A stretch of DNA of 64,000 nt. It comes from Bacteroidales bacterium. GTDB lineage: Bacteria; Bacteroidota; Bacteroidia; Bacteroidales; UBA10428. The translations under genes were made by a program, and so were the position numbers. This document shows, piece after piece, positions 39,207 through 50,415 of the stretch. A model generated the notes under the pieces. That model worked only from the letters and a program-made list of their open reading frames with translations. It did no database searches and had not been told where the DNA came from. Each line of letters opens with the position of its first letter. Position 1 is the first letter of the stretch. The DNA lies in contig CBDDKV010000001.1 of assembly GCA_965230395.1 (NCBI GenBank), forward strand, positions 654-64,653, written 5' to 3'.

Positions 39207-42200
39207 CTATTCCTTTATGAAACGAATATATTCGTCATTCGCTTTTAGAATGTACATACCTGAATTAAGTCCGGAAAGATTAATCGTTTTTCCGATACCT
39301 TCAGTTATTTTACTTCCGGATAAGTCAATTATCTCGTATTGTATTTCACCCAAGCTTCCGTGAATTACTAACATATCTTTTACCGGGTTCGGGTAAATGG
39401 CCATTTTCTGAGCCATGCTTTCGTCTGTTGATGTTACTGACTTCATTCTAACACAACCTTCTCCCAATACATATGCTTCTTCAGGTGTATCTGACTGCCC
39501 AGGTACATAGTTATGCTGATACCTGTAGAAGAATGTTACTTTGTCACCTTCATTAATGCTTATTCCACCAACCTGGCTTATCGTCCAGCTCCAGGTGTCC
39601 CCACTCTGACTTCCTCTAATTCCCTGGGAACCTCCACCGTTTAACGATAACCATAAGTCAACAAATGAAGAACTTACTTTTGAGTCAAAAGTAAAATCAA
39701 GCTCGTTAGCCCCTTCTGTTTGTTTTACGGTATAGCCATACTCATCTGTTGAAGCATAACAGTCGTCAGTAATTGGATCGTCTACACCATCACAATTTTC
39801 ATCGATACCGTTTCCAGGTATTTCAGTTGCTCCAGGATTAATAGAAGCATCGTTGTCGTTGCAGTCGTCGTTTATTCCATAACCATCACCATCGTTATCG
39901 GTTATGCCTAATACGCCATCGCAATTTTCGTCAACATCGTTATCGGGTATTTCAGTTGCCCCAGGGTTGATTGTTGAATCATTATCGTTACAGTCTGTTT
40001 CTGTAGTATATCCGTCACCGTCGTTATCTTTTGGTGTAGTAGCATCTTTACCGTCGCAGTCTTCATCTATTCCGTTGTCTGGTATATCTGTTGCTCCGGG
40101 GTTAATAGAAGCGTCGTTGTCATTACAGTCTTCCGTACTGTTATATCCATCGCCATCGTTATCAACAGGTGCGCCTTCAGAAACAAACTCAATCTTATCA
40201 ATATTAAAATCGCCTCCCTGAATATCAATTCTAAGGATTATTGTATCCGTTTTGGCTATTGTAATACCAGATTTTGATATTACTTCATACGTTCCCCATC
40301 CTCCGGTGCTTTGGACATCGAACATTGCAAGTTCTTCGCCTCCTAAAATGCTTACTTTCATCGATCCGGCGCTTGACAGGTCAGATGCCACAAGAGCGTC
40401 CAGCCTGTAGGTTCCGGCTGTAGCATTTACGGTATATTCCAACCATTCTCCGTCGGCTGTCCAGCCTACTGCTACAGGGTTGTCCCCAACATCAACTGCT
40501 TCTTCAGGACGTACGCCGCCATGATTTTCTGCATCTGCATCATGATAAGAAATTCCCTCTCCTTTTCCTTGTTTGGCCTTATCGAAGAATTCTGCTTCAA
40601 TAATACCAGGAATGGATTGATCTGCATATGGTAATTGTGGATCCGGATCGTATTTCTCTACACTAATAATAACTTCGTCGGTATCTGAAGAACCATCATC
40701 AGCTGTAACAGTAAGTTTCGCTGTATATTTGCCCCTCTTAAGGGTAAGTTTTTGAACTGCACCGTCGAACGTACCAATTCCTTCAACATCCCACTTGTAA
40801 CTTTCAATTGTTCCATTTAATACACGGCTCTCACTTCCGTCGAGTGTTACTTCCTCTTCTCCGTCTTCATCATAATCAATTACAACCTGGTTTCCGCCTG
40901 CATTTGCTATTACATAACTTCCCAGTCCTGCCGATACTGAAACAGCATCTACATATACCGTAGTTCTGTATGATTTTCCAAACATGAATGCTAACCTTGC
41001 GGTTTCTGTTTCAGGTGAAGTACTTACAAACGTATATGTTTTAGGCTCCGGGGTAAGTGTTACTTCCCACTCGTCATAAATCTGCCATTCGGTATCGAAG
41101 TTCGGATCGCTTCCGGCAGGAAAATGGGTACAGTTCCACCATGGAGCATGATCCATGAATTTCAATTTGAACGTTGTTGGTTCTTCTGAATAGGCCATGA
41201 AGGAAATCACATAATCTTCACCTTTTACAACCTGAAAATGTTGCATTAACTGTAGTTTCCAGTCTTTGGGGTTAGATATATCTTTGTCCCAGGTGAGTTT
41301 GATACAGTTTTGTCCGGATAATAAGCCATCGCCGTTTAAGTTACCTGTAATATCATCGGGAGCGGGTTTTGCCTGCCCATCCTGGCTGCCTTTCCACTGC
41401 CAGTCAATACTCCAGCTTGTTGGTGGCTGATTAAATTCACCGTCTACGATAAGCTCCAGGCGGTCGTTCATATTAACATTTAAACCAGCAGATAGAGGAC
41501 TGGCATTTCCTGCACGGTCCATAGCAAGAATCTGGAAATTGGTTGTTTCGCCATAGCCAAGATCTTTTACGGGATAGCTTTCTGTTCCTATATAATCCCA
41601 AAATTTTCCGTCTTTGTATATGGTGTAATGCGCCAAACCTGATTCGCCCTTATCGGTTACAGGACTCCAGGTGATATAGTCCCCGTTACGGCTTAATCCG
41701 GTTGGAGCGGAAGGGGCCTGATCGTCATCATAAAAGAATAATGCACGTGTAGCTTCTTCTGATGTTGCAAAGAAGTATTCCGGCTTATTCAACCGGGCAA
41801 AAAACTGGTCTTTTACCGAACCCGGCATATTTAGACGTGAATCGCCCCACGGGAACAGTCCATTACCGGCAACCATGTCCTGAATGTCCCAACTCCAATT
41901 GATATAACACATTTGCTTTAATGCTGCACGTTCTTCAATCATACTAAAATATGTTTCGAAGAAACCCCAGCTGTTATATGTTACCTGGTTAATTGCCGTT
42001 GGTGACGCCTCTCCAATCATAAGGGGCTTATTACGCTCTGCTGCCGCCCCGGCAAACTCATTAATGATTGAATGTTGCCCTCCGGCAATATCCCATGAAA
42101 AGGTATTATATCCCATCCAGTCTACATATTCGTCTCCGGGATAGTAATTCATTACACCTTGCGTTCCGGACAGCCCTGCATTATATACTGTGGCTACCTC

Positions 42201-42770
42201 TACACCTCCTGCACGCAATTTATCGGTTATTATTTTGTAAACCTCAGCGTATTGTGAAGGCTCCCACCCTTTTTGGTTATTAAATTCATAACCAATACGT
42301 AAAAAAACGGGCATTCCTAAATACTGAAACCCTTTCACAAGGTTGTCCAGCTCTTTTTGATGGCCACCTGATAATATTTCTTGCCAGAAATAATCAATGT
42401 TGTAGCCAAGCTGAGGGATTACATAATATCCCTGACGATGAAATTTTAATAGTTCCTGCTTTAACTCGTGCGTCCATTCCGGCCCAATGTTGTATGAGTC
42501 GAAATAATCCATAAAAATTACCGGTTTTTGATTCGCCGGGGCAATTGACCAATAGCTTTCGAACCCATCGAAACCTGTAACCCCGGCCTGCCCTGCTCCG
42601 GAATAGATCTTGTCTTTGAGTTCAAGCATTGCTCCCGTGTTAACCCGGGTTTCCATTTGGGCATTTGCTGCATAAAAACTGATGCTACATAAAAGAACCA
42701 CAAGAACTGCTTTCATTAGGACTGAAAGCCTGGTTCTTTCTTCATTGTGATTTTTAAATCTACAAATCAT
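39207..42770 (-). CDS. T9SS-secreted multidomain glycoside hydrolase, type A. Domain order: GH26-like, FN3-like, CBM-like, 1 PKD, CBM6-like, 3 MopE-like repeats, Cys-capped beta-sandwich, CTD
   Basis: 1187 aa. Motifs: [32 protein letters not shown]. The CBM6-like segment is IIEAEFFDK...[29 protein letters not shown]...GGWGTYE...FNIDKIEF (~40185-40625). An alternative start at 42716 ([11 protein letters not shown]...) is possible. Confidence 0.88.
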   Translation of the reverse strand: MICRFKNHNEERTRLSVLMKAVLVVLLCSISFYAANAQMETRVNTGAMLELKDKIYSGAGQAGVTGFDGFESYWSIAPANQKPVIFMDYFDSYNIGPEWTHELKQELLKFHRQGYYVIPQLGYNIDYFWQEILSGGHQKELDNLVKGFQYLGMPVFLRIGYEFNNQKGWEPSQYAEVYKIITDKLRAGGVEVATVYNAGLSGTQGVMNYYPGDEYVDWMGYNTFSWDIAGGQHSIINEFAGAAAERNKPLMIGEASPTAINQVTYNSWGFFETYFSMIEERAALKQMCYINWSWDIQDMVAGNGLFPWGDSRLNMPGSVKDQFFARLNKPEYFFATSEEATRALFFYDDDQAPSAPTGLSRNGDYITWSPVTDKGESGLAHYTIYKDGKFWDYIGTESYPVKDLGYGETTNFQILAMDRAGNASPLSAGLNVNMNDRLELIVDGEFNQPPTSWSIDWQWKGSQDGQAKPAPDDITGNLNGDGLLSGQNCIKLTWDKDISNPKDWKLQLMQHFQVVKGEDYVISFMAYSEEPTTFKLKFMDHAPWWNCTHFPAGSDPNFDTEWQIYDEWEVTLTPEPKTYTFVSTSPETETARLAFMFGKSYRTTVYVDAVSVSAGLGSYVIANAGGNQVVIDYDEDGEEEVTLDGSESRVLNGTIESYKWDVEGIGTFDGAVQKLTLKRGKYTAKLTVTADDGSSDTDEVIISVEKYDPDPQLPYADQSIPGIIEAEFFDKAKQGKGEGISYHDADAENHGGVRPEEAVDVGDNPVAVGWTADGEWLEYTVNATAGTYRLDALVASDLSSAGSMKVSILGGEELAMFDVQSTGGWGTYEVISKSGITIAKTDTIILRIDIQGGDFNIDKIEFVSEGAPVDNDGDGYNSTEDCNDNDASINPGATDIPDNGIDEDCDGKDATTPKDNDGDGYTTETDCNDNDSTINPGATEIPDNDVDENCDGVLGITDNDGDGYGINDDCNDNDASINPGATEIPGNGIDENCDGVDDPITDDCYASTDEYGYTVKQTEGANELDFTFDSKVSSSFVDLWLSLNGGGSQGIRGSQSGDTWSWTISQVGGISINEGDKVTFFYRYQHNYVPGQSDTPEEAYVLGEGCVRMKSVTSTDESMAQKMAIYPNPVKDMLVIHGSLGEIQYEIIDLSGSKITEGIGKTINLSGLNSGMYILKANDEYIRFIKE
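39780..40170 (-). repeat. 3 tandem MopE-like repeats (coding)
   Basis: The same unit as in 26413..26810. The antisense artefact ORF 39904..40221 marks the span. Confidence 0.8.
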
Positions 42771-42913
42771 TTTTTAGATTTTTTTGGTTAGTAATTATGA
42801 GACGTTAGCGTAATAGATTTTTGAGAGGCCGCTATCTGTTCACAGCCAATCATCATCTTATCATTGTTTGTTCAAATAGTTGGCTTATCAGGTTTTATAT
42901 TCATATATAACTA

Positions 42914-43113
42914 GTGTCATGTCAACCTTCGATTGACGGATAGGATTACTCCCTATCGTCCGTGAGACCGCTAACGCTAAGTTCCTTCGTCGTGCCACCC
43001 CGGAGTGACGTAATTGCGATCCTGGGGAACTTGAGGAAAGCAAGCGATGCTGTTCTAATGGCAGAGCTTTCCGAAGATAATCCGTGCCTGCCCCCTGATG
43101 TTTGACATAACAC
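42914..43113 (-). ncRNA. Candidate structured RNA or leader element of unknown class
   Basis: A 200-nt GC-rich island sits in an AT-rich spacer. A 12-bp closing stem (minus strand GTGTTATGTCAA...TTGACATGACAC) contains a U-G pair that would be a C-A mismatch on the plus strand. Internal hairpins include GGCAG...CTGCC with a C(UUCG)G loop and GACGATAGG-GAGTAAT-CCTATCCGTC. It lies 144-343 nt upstream of the 42770 start. Confidence 0.3.
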
Positions 43114-43171
43114 TATTTTGGTTTCTTATTTAGTTTTTAGACTTCATCTTCTTTTTTAATTTCTCCCCACG

Positions 43172-43206
43172 GCACCCTGTGGTTTAGTTTTAAACCACAG
43201 AGGTGC
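43172..43206 (-). terminator. Terminator-like hairpin after 43244..46063
   Basis: A 14-bp stem (GCACCCTGTGGTTT / AAACCACAGAGGTGC with one bulge). It has no clear U-run. Confidence 0.5.
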
Positions 43207-43243
43207 ACTTAATCGAGATTCTGAGGAGAATAATTTTAAATCC

Positions 43244-46063
43244 TTATTGTTTAATAAACCTTACTCTCTCGTTTGTTTGTGTTTTCAGCAAATAAATTCC
43301 GGATTCCAGGTTTGCTATGTCAATAACATTCCCTTTTCCTGTCATGATTTTTATCCCGGAAAGGCTGTAAACACTGTAATTAACTGATTCTCCTATACCA
43401 ACCAGGGTAATAAAGTCTGATGCCGGAACTGGTTTAACGAATATTTTAGAGACCTTGCTTATTTCGTTTGTATGACTTGCATTTTTAGACTTCAATTCGG
43501 CGCTGAATGTACACTTGTCTTTTGTGAACGTAGCTTTTTTCTCAGGAGAAACGTATTGTCCCGATCCATCGTCTTGAACTTTAAACTGTATGGTGTACTC
43601 GTCACCTAATGTAGCTGTAAATGTTTTCTTATAATATCCATCTGAAAGATCCCCCTGAACACAGCTGTTATCAAGGCAGATATAATTCCAGTTTCCTGTC
43701 CAACCTTTATCTTTGTGATAGACCAATACTGTGTTATCATCCTGGTAAGTCATACCAAATTCTTCACAAGTTCCGGGTTCAGGACATATTTTGTCGCAGG
43801 AGCCACCACAGTCAATTCCTTCTTCGTCTCCATTCTGAATTCCGTCACTACAAGTTGGTTCAGTACTGCATGAATCCGGACAGCTTCCTCCACAGTCAAT
43901 ACCCGTTTCATCGCCATTCAAAATTCCATCATCACAGGTTGGTTCTGCCGGACATGAATCCGGACAACTTCCGCCGCAGTCGATACCGGTCTCGTCGCCA
44001 TTCTGTATACCATCGTTACAAGCGGGGCCATTTATTTGAACAAAAGTGCAGCTTTCTTCAGTAAATGTTACCGTTTCTTCAGGAGATAAATATTGTCCTT
44101 CTGCTTCGTCCTGAACTTTAAACTGTATTTTATAATTCTGACCAAGTGTTGCTGTAAAATCCTGATAGTAATAGCCATCCTGTTTAACTCCTTCCTGACA
44201 ATATCCATCAACACACAGGTAATTCCATGTTGCCGACCAGCCTTTGTCAATATGATATACCCGAATGGTATTGTCATTGACATAAGAGGCGCCAAAGTCT
44301 TTACATGTTCCTGAACCAGGACAACCTTTTGGACATGATCCACCACAATCAACACCTTCCTCATCGCCATTCTGAATACCATCGTAACAGGTTGGCTCGG
44401 GACACTGGTTTGGACATGACCCGCCGCAGTCTATGCCTTCTTCATCTCCGTTCTTCACGCCATCGTCGCAGGTTGGCTCAGGCATATTGCCATCCCAAAG
44501 TACAGAAAACAAATCGGTGCTTCCCTGAAGGAACAATTTTCTTCCGTCTTTTTCCAATGTCTGCTTGTCCATTTCCTGCATCCACCACTTTTGAATCTCT
44601 GGATTTGATTCTATGCGGCTGTCTCCCCAAATGTCTCCCCACATAGCTTGTTTGTTCCATTCGGTGTTTATATAGGAGAATGCACGGATTACATCGGTGT
44701 TTGAATAAATGAGGTCGAATATTCCGGCAAACCAGGCATCCCATATATAGCGTGCACTTACCTTGGTATGAGAGCTTCCATTGGTTGCATATGAATCTTC
44801 TGCAGAGATATCGTAATACTCCGGAGTTGATTCACAAATCATCATTGGTTTATTATGGTCTCGCGAAAATTTTAAGATATTATCAAAAGGTGCTGTATTG
44901 TAAACAAAGTATGAACATCCTGTCCAATCCACATAATCGTCGCCCGGATACCAGTTTTCAATTGCAGTGGGAGAATTTCCGTATGTTGCCGATTGCCATA
45001 CATACGCTACATTTTCTACCTTCATCCCTCTCCAGTAATCAACTAAATACTTAAATGTCTGTACATATTCACCGGCTGAATAAGAGTTCCACGAACCATC
45101 GAATTCATAACCTATCCGGAGGTATACAGGCGTTGGACTAACTTGCTTAAAGAAATTTCCCAGTTCTTCCACATATTGATCCATTGAACCGGCATTGATG
45201 CTCCCCAGTGAGCCTACAAGGTACAACCCTACCTGTAGTGCCGAATTGGGATAGTCATATACAGTTCTCTCCACATGAATGGCTCCGGCACCATAGTCAA
45301 CATCGTCTGAAGCAAGCGGTGGGTTATCAGAAACTTTATTTAAACCGTACAAGCCATATAAAACCCATGGCTGGTTATTATTTGCAATATCTGTGTATTG
45401 GGTAACTCCACCGGGGGTTGAAATTACATTTCCTGTGTATCCTTCAATTCCGTCTAAATCCTGTCCGATTATTTGAAGCACCTGTCCATCGGGAGGGGTG
45501 AATTTTCCTTTTATGTAAGTTTCCGGGGCCAGATAAGTTTTTCCACTGTCTGCGGGCTCTTCTCCAACAAACTGAGGGTATAACTGAGCGGCCGGAACTA
45601 TCTCTCTTGTCTGTTGATCACTGCTCCATTCCAGACGTATAGATGCTTCACCCCCATCTTCTTTATACTGACAAACGATATGGTACTGTTTTCCAGCTGT
45701 TAAGGAATACTTACCCCTAAATTCTGTAGCCGGATTTGTTCCCCAACGATTGATTATGGTTTGTCCGTTTATACGTAAACGAACTCCATCATCAGCTGTA
45801 GCATAAAAAGTGTACATACCACTATAACGGGGAGTAATCATTCCTGACCATTGCACCGTAAAATTATCGGGGCCTATGCCAATCGGTCCACTGGTGCCCC
45901 AGTTGAAATTAATGGTCGGATCGGTTTGGGTATGATCCGGGGCCCCCGTAAGGGCCAGGTTGTTAAAGTACTCTCCTTTTAACCCTTCTTCCTGAGCCAA
46001 CAAGGCAATACTCATTAATACAGCCAATGTTATAAACATGACTTTTTTACAAAAAGTTTTCAT
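43244..46063 (-). CDS. T9SS-secreted glycoside hydrolase, type C. Domain order: PA14, GH26-like lineage C catalytic domain, 2 mini-modules, X, 3 mini-modules, X, CTD
   Basis: 939 aa with a signal peptide ending LLAQ. PA14 motif: GLKGEYFNN...FTVQWSGMITPRYSGMYTFYATADDGVRLRINGQ. Catalytic motifs: [56 protein letters not shown]...WGDSRIE. The tail ends ...SGIYLLKTQTNERVRFIKQ. Confidence 0.88.
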   Translation of the reverse strand: MKTFCKKVMFITLAVLMSIALLAQEEGLKGEYFNNLALTGAPDHTQTDPTINFNWGTSGPIGIGPDNFTVQWSGMITPRYSGMYTFYATADDGVRLRINGQTIINRWGTNPATEFRGKYSLTAGKQYHIVCQYKEDGGEASIRLEWSSDQQTREIVPAAQLYPQFVGEEPADSGKTYLAPETYIKGKFTPPDGQVLQIIGQDLDGIEGYTGNVISTPGGVTQYTDIANNNQPWVLYGLYGLNKVSDNPPLASDDVDYGAGAIHVERTVYDYPNSALQVGLYLVGSLGSINAGSMDQYVEELGNFFKQVSPTPVYLRIGYEFDGSWNSYSAGEYVQTFKYLVDYWRGMKVENVAYVWQSATYGNSPTAIENWYPGDDYVDWTGCSYFVYNTAPFDNILKFSRDHNKPMMICESTPEYYDISAEDSYATNGSSHTKVSARYIWDAWFAGIFDLIYSNTDVIRAFSYINTEWNKQAMWGDIWGDSRIESNPEIQKWWMQEMDKQTLEKDGRKLFLQGSTDLFSVLWDGNMPEPTCDDGVKNGDEEGIDCGGSCPNQCPEPTCYDGIQNGDEEGVDCGGSCPKGCPGSGTCKDFGASYVNDNTIRVYHIDKGWSATWNYLCVDGYCQEGVKQDGYYYQDFTATLGQNYKIQFKVQDEAEGQYLSPEETVTFTEESCTFVQINGPACNDGIQNGDETGIDCGGSCPDSCPAEPTCDDGILNGDETGIDCGGSCPDSCSTEPTCSDGIQNGDEEGIDCGGSCDKICPEPGTCEEFGMTYQDDNTVLVYHKDKGWTGNWNYICLDNSCVQGDLSDGYYKKTFTATLGDEYTIQFKVQDDGSGQYVSPEKKATFTKDKCTFSAELKSKNASHTNEISKVSKIFVKPVPASDFITLVGIGESVNYSVYSLSGIKIMTGKGNVIDIANLESGIYLLKTQTNERVRFIKQ
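43505..44480 (-). repeat. Cys-rich mini-module / X-domain block (coding)
   Basis: Five mini-modules (e.g. PTCDDGVKNGDEEGIDCGGSCPNQC) and two X domains. Confidence 0.8.
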
Positions 46064-46107
46064 AATTAGGTAGTTTAATTAATCGGTTAGTGTGAGTGAT
46101 GTTGTGC

Positions 46108-46155
46108 GAGAAAAATTCGTTGCTGCAAACTTTACAGGTGTTTGCAACAACGAAT
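46108..46155 (-). terminator. Terminator of 46166..50326
   Basis: On the minus strand, CGTTGTTGCAAAC-ACCTGTAAA-GTTTGCAGCAACG is followed by AATTTTTCT. One G-U is specific to the minus strand. Confidence 0.75.
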
Positions 46156-46165
46156 TGAATTCTTA

Positions 46166-49100
46166 TTATTTCTTAACAAAACTGAACCTTTCCCCTTCGA
46201 CATAAAGGATATAAAGGCCAGATGCTAATTCCGAGAGTCCAACTGTATTTCCCAGACCGGATTTTACCAATGTCCCTGTCAGGCTGTAAACAGAATAAGG
46301 TGTTCCTGACTGTTTTCCAATTATGGTTAAATAAGAACTTGCCGGGTTCGGATAAATGGAGACATTTTCTGCTAGAGATTCATCTAAAGAAGTAACAGAC
46401 TTCATGGTAGCACATCCCTGTCCGATTATATATTTTCCTTCCGGAGTATCTGACTGTCCGGGATTAAAGTTATGCTGATACCTGAAGTAGAATGTTATGT
46501 TATCGCCCTCAGCAAAAGTTTTTCCCCCTGCCTGAGCAAGTGCCCATGTCCAGGTATTCTCTACCTGTGTTCCTCTGATTCCCTGAGTTCCGCCTCCATT
46601 TACAGCAATCCATAAATCAACAAATGAAGAGTTGACTTTTGATTCAAATGTTATTTCAAGGGTATTTTCTCCTTCCTTTTGACTGGCTGAGTAATCGTAG
46701 TCTTCTTCTGAAGCCAAACAGTCTTTAACCGATTTTGCATCTTCTCCGTTGCAGTCTTCGTCAATCCCGTTATCGGGTATATCTGTTGCTCCAGGATTAA
46801 TGTCCGGATTGCTGTCGTCGCAGTCTTCATTTATTCCGTATCCATCGCCGTCTTCATCGGTAATGCCTAATACGCCATCACAGTTTTCATCAATGTCGTT
46901 GTCCGGAATTTCCGTAGCTCCCGGGTTAATAGACGAATCTTCGTCATTGCAATCTTCAGGCACAGGATATCCGTCTCCATCCCTGTCATTTGTTGCATCT
47001 TCGCCATCACAGTCTTCATCAATTCCATTGTCAGGAATATCAGTTGCCCCCGGGTTAATTGATTTATCGGTATCGTCGCAATCCTCATTTATTCCATATC
47101 CATCACCGTCTTTATCGGTAATTGCCAATACACCATCGCAATTTTCGTCAATATTGTTATCGGGAATTTCTGCTGCCCCGGGATTAATGTCCGGATTGTT
47201 ATCGTCACAATCTTCGATACTGTTATATCCATCAGCGTCGTTATCAACCGGTTTGTTATCCAAACTAAATACCCTGATCTCATCAATTGCATAATAGCTG
47301 CCTGTGCTGACTTCGCCAACGATAAATGTAAAGCAGTCACTTTCGGCCTGTGCCCCGTCGGGTAATGTGTATTTAAAGCAGACTGTTACTTCGTCGCCTT
47401 TATTTGCATTTACTGTGTAGGGCTCGTTTGGCGTAAGGGCATAACTACCCGTATTTGTTCCATTTATTGTTATTTCTGCATAACAGAACCCTGCCCCCAT
47501 TTTATCTTTCAGTGGAACAAATGTTATCTGAGGTGGAATTTCTGAAGACACTGTCATTTTAAAGTTGCCGCTTCCATCAACAAACTCTCCGCTTCCGGTT
47601 GAACTTTCTGTTGCATAAACCCTTACATACCGACCTTTTAGTACCGGATTTGCCGGGAACAGATCTTCTCCGCCATCTCCTTTGGTTATTTTTGCCAGAG
47701 TGGTAAAGTTCGCAAAATTGTTGTCGTCAGAGATTTGTACCTCGTATGCTTTTGCATAGTATTTAGCACCCCATACCACATCTACCTGCGATATGCTTTT
47801 CGATTCTCCCAGGTCTAATTTCACCCACTGGGGCTGATCACTTTCTTCACTTTTCCATTCACTGCCGGTAACCCTGTCAATTACATTCTCCGGTTTTCCT
47901 TCACTTGTGGACGAAGCGGTAACTTTAGCGCCTGTTGCCACATCAGGAACTACATTAATTATTACCTCATCAGAAGCCATGTTTCCATCATTATCGGTGA
48001 TAATTAAAGTAACTTTATTCTCTCCTGAAGGTAGTTCTACTGTGGCTGTTTCAGTTTCTGCAAGTACTTTGTTATTTGACTTCCACTCCCACTTTGTTAT
48101 CTCACCATCGGGGTCGGTGCTTTCTGAACCATCCAGTTGTACGGACCCTTTACCGTTTCCATCACTATCAATTATTGTCTGATCCTCTCCGGCTTTAGCA
48201 ATTGGGTTACCGTCTGTAACGGTAATGGTTACTTTGTCACTACCAATATTTCCGTCATTATCTTTTACTTCAAGAATTATTTCATGGGTTCCACATTCCA
48301 GGACAACATCGCATTTAGAGTTTGTGCAGATTTCTTTTCCTCCTTCTAACCAACGATAACCCGTTATTGAACCATCAGGATCGAAACTTTTCGTGCCATC
48401 CAGGCTTACTGTTGCGGAACAATCATTGTCCACAATAACCTGATCTTTTCCAGCTTTTGCTACCGGATCTTTCATATCGTTCCGTACAATTACTTCCACA
48501 TCGTCAACCCAAACAGTGGTTGGAGAAGAATTACCCAGTAAAAATGTCAGGCGGGCTATATCATTGCGATCAGCTACTCCTTTGAATTCATAGCTTTGCG
48601 GCGTTGTTCCAATTTGGATATCCCAAACATTAAACTTATGCCACTCATTTTCCCAGTCAAAATCATTTCCCCACATTACATGGGTGTTCATATATTCAAT
48701 TGCATTGGATATAAACCCGATTTTTGCATCTATCGGAGCAGCTGCCACAGCTTTAAATGATATTTCATATTCTACATCCTTCTCGACCAAAAATTCCTGG
48801 TAAAACTGAACCTTCCATTCAACAGGGTTCTTTGGCATAACTTTCCAGGTTATTTCCCCTGAATATGGCCCGGTCAGTTTTCCTGAACCATCAATTTTCC
48901 AGTCATCCGCTCCAACGTCATTGCCTCCATTTGAGGTACGGAAAGTCCAGTCAAATCCAATACTGGTCCTTTTATGGTCGAAATATCCATTTTCTATAAG
49001 GTTAATGGAATTTACCTGATCTACAGTGAGTGAAGATGATTTGTCCCCCATATTTCCGGCCCTGTCTACAGCGGCCACGCTTACATCAGCTGAGTATCCT

Positions 49101-50326
49101 ACGCCTAAGTCTTTTACCGGATATGAGTTTCCAACAACATAATCCCAAAGATCCCCATCTTTGTAAATGGTATAGTGTGCAAAACCTGATTCTCCCTTAT
49201 CGTTTACGCCATTCCAGACCAGGTTTTCCCCTTCTCTTCTTAAACCGCTCACACCAGCAGGAGCTATATTATCATCGTAGGCTAACAGTGCCCTGAATTC
49301 CTGTTCGCTGGATGCATGAAAATAACCGGGCTTGCTTAATTCGCCAAAAAAATAATCCCTTACGTTTGGAAATGCCTCAAGACGGGCATCCCCCCAACCA
49401 AAACCCATATTTCCGGCTATCATGTCCTGTACATCCCAGTCCCAGTTTATGTAACCTAATGCCTTAATTGTTGGCTGATCTTCAACCATTTTATATAATT
49501 GCTGATACCAATCCAATGAACCGGTATATGAACCGTTCATCCACTGAGGTGTAGATTCTCCAATAAGGACTGGTTTGTTTCTCTCTGCTGCAGCTGTCAC
49601 CATTTCAACAGTAACCGCATGCTGACCGTTATATATATCACTGAATGGATTGAACCCGTACCAATCAACATATTCATCGCCCGGGTACCAATTTTCAATA
49701 AGATTAGTTTCTCCTGAAAGGCTTGCATCCCAAACCGTTGCCACTTCTAATCCTGCCTCTTTAATTTTTGACGCTATAATCTGAAAACACTTTATATATC
49801 CCTCGGGGTCGCGTTTTGCCCAGGGTACAGTTCCACCTTTATCGTTCCCCCCATAAGTCTTTCCTCCGTTATTGAATTCATACCCGATTCTTAAATACAT
49901 GGGTATTCCTAAATATTTTAACCCCTCAATAAAGTTATTGAGTTCTTCTTCCATTAAACCGGCGTTTATATCCGGGTATTGATGTTCAATGTTTAATCCC
50001 ATTTGGGGAATTACATAATATCCTTGCCGGTGATATCTGAGTAAAGCAGCTTTAAGGTCATTCGACCAGTCTGGACGCATATTCCAGATATCCATATAGT
50101 CCATATAAAGAACCGGTTTTTGTCCTTCCGGTGCAGTTTTCCAATAGTTATCAAAAGCATCGGGACCACAAACTCCATCTTGTCCTGCTCCACTAAGCAC
50201 AACACCCTGGGGATCTAGAATTGCATTGGTGTTTTGCCTTTCCAAAAACTGGGCATCCAGTTTCAGGAATAAAATCACCATTAAGATCAGGGTAAATCGT
50301 ATTCTTCTTGGTATTGGTTTATTCAT
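46166..50326 (-). CDS. T9SS-secreted multidomain glycoside hydrolase, type A. Domain order: GH26-like, FN3-like, CBM-like, 2 PKD, discoidin with nested insert, 4 MopE-like repeats, Cys-capped beta-sandwich, CTD
   Basis: 1386 aa with a signal peptide ending LDAQ. Motifs: [33 protein letters not shown]. The tail is [11 protein letters not shown]...[18 protein letters not shown]. Confidence 0.9.
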   Translation of the reverse strand: MNKPIPRRIRFTLILMVILFLKLDAQFLERQNTNAILDPQGVVLSGAGQDGVCGPDAFDNYWKTAPEGQKPVLYMDYMDIWNMRPDWSNDLKAALLRYHRQGYYVIPQMGLNIEHQYPDINAGLMEEELNNFIEGLKYLGIPMYLRIGYEFNNGGKTYGGNDKGGTVPWAKRDPEGYIKCFQIIASKIKEAGLEVATVWDASLSGETNLIENWYPGDEYVDWYGFNPFSDIYNGQHAVTVEMVTAAAERNKPVLIGESTPQWMNGSYTGSLDWYQQLYKMVEDQPTIKALGYINWDWDVQDMIAGNMGFGWGDARLEAFPNVRDYFFGELSKPGYFHASSEQEFRALLAYDDNIAPAGVSGLRREGENLVWNGVNDKGESGFAHYTIYKDGDLWDYVVGNSYPVKDLGVGYSADVSVAAVDRAGNMGDKSSSLTVDQVNSINLIENGYFDHKRTSIGFDWTFRTSNGGNDVGADDWKIDGSGKLTGPYSGEITWKVMPKNPVEWKVQFYQEFLVEKDVEYEISFKAVAAAPIDAKIGFISNAIEYMNTHVMWGNDFDWENEWHKFNVWDIQIGTTPQSYEFKGVADRNDIARLTFLLGNSSPTTVWVDDVEVIVRNDMKDPVAKAGKDQVIVDNDCSATVSLDGTKSFDPDGSITGYRWLEGGKEICTNSKCDVVLECGTHEIILEVKDNDGNIGSDKVTITVTDGNPIAKAGEDQTIIDSDGNGKGSVQLDGSESTDPDGEITKWEWKSNNKVLAETETATVELPSGENKVTLIITDNDGNMASDEVIINVVPDVATGAKVTASSTSEGKPENVIDRVTGSEWKSEESDQPQWVKLDLGESKSISQVDVVWGAKYYAKAYEVQISDDNNFANFTTLAKITKGDGGEDLFPANPVLKGRYVRVYATESSTGSGEFVDGSGNFKMTVSSEIPPQITFVPLKDKMGAGFCYAEITINGTNTGSYALTPNEPYTVNANKGDEVTVCFKYTLPDGAQAESDCFTFIVGEVSTGSYYAIDEIRVFSLDNKPVDNDADGYNSIEDCDDNNPDINPGAAEIPDNNIDENCDGVLAITDKDGDGYGINEDCDDTDKSINPGATDIPDNGIDEDCDGEDATNDRDGDGYPVPEDCNDEDSSINPGATEIPDNDIDENCDGVLGITDEDGDGYGINEDCDDSNPDINPGATDIPDNGIDEDCNGEDAKSVKDCLASEEDYDYSASQKEGENTLEITFESKVNSSFVDLWIAVNGGGTQGIRGTQVENTWTWALAQAGGKTFAEGDNITFYFRYQHNFNPGQSDTPEGKYIIGQGCATMKSVTSLDESLAENVSIYPNPASSYLTIIGKQSGTPYSVYSLTGTLVKSGLGNTVGLSELASGLYILYVEGERFSFVKK
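46737..47250 (-). repeat. 4 tandem MopE-like repeats (coding)
   Basis: This is the longest MopE-like array in the window. The antisense artefact ORF 46749..47294 marks the span. Confidence 0.8.
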
Positions 50327-50368
50327 AATAGTTCGGTTTAAAGTGAATCGTGTAGGTTGATTAAAGGT

Positions 50369-50402
50369 GAAGAACTACCCGAAAATTATCGGGCAGTTCT
50401 TC
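50369..50402 (-). terminator. Terminator-like hairpin after 50416..53901
   Basis: GAAGAACTACCCGA-AAATTA-TCGGGCAGTTCTTC. The single plus-strand A-C mismatch is a U-G wobble on the minus strand. Confidence 0.6.
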
Positions 50403-50415
50403 TATGTTAGCTTAG

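Noticed and set aside
42914-43113. Assigning the GC-rich element to a known riboswitch or RNA class (cobalamin, TPP, c-di-GMP, glmS, yybP, 6S, SRP, RNase P, tmRNA).
   Set aside because: Only loose resemblances were found, such as CCGAAGA...CCTGCC on the plus strand and GACGAAGG/ATCGAAGG on the minus. The order and core motifs of those families are absent as far as I can recall them, and the plus-strand orientation would not regulate any gene. It is kept only as an unclassified candidate.
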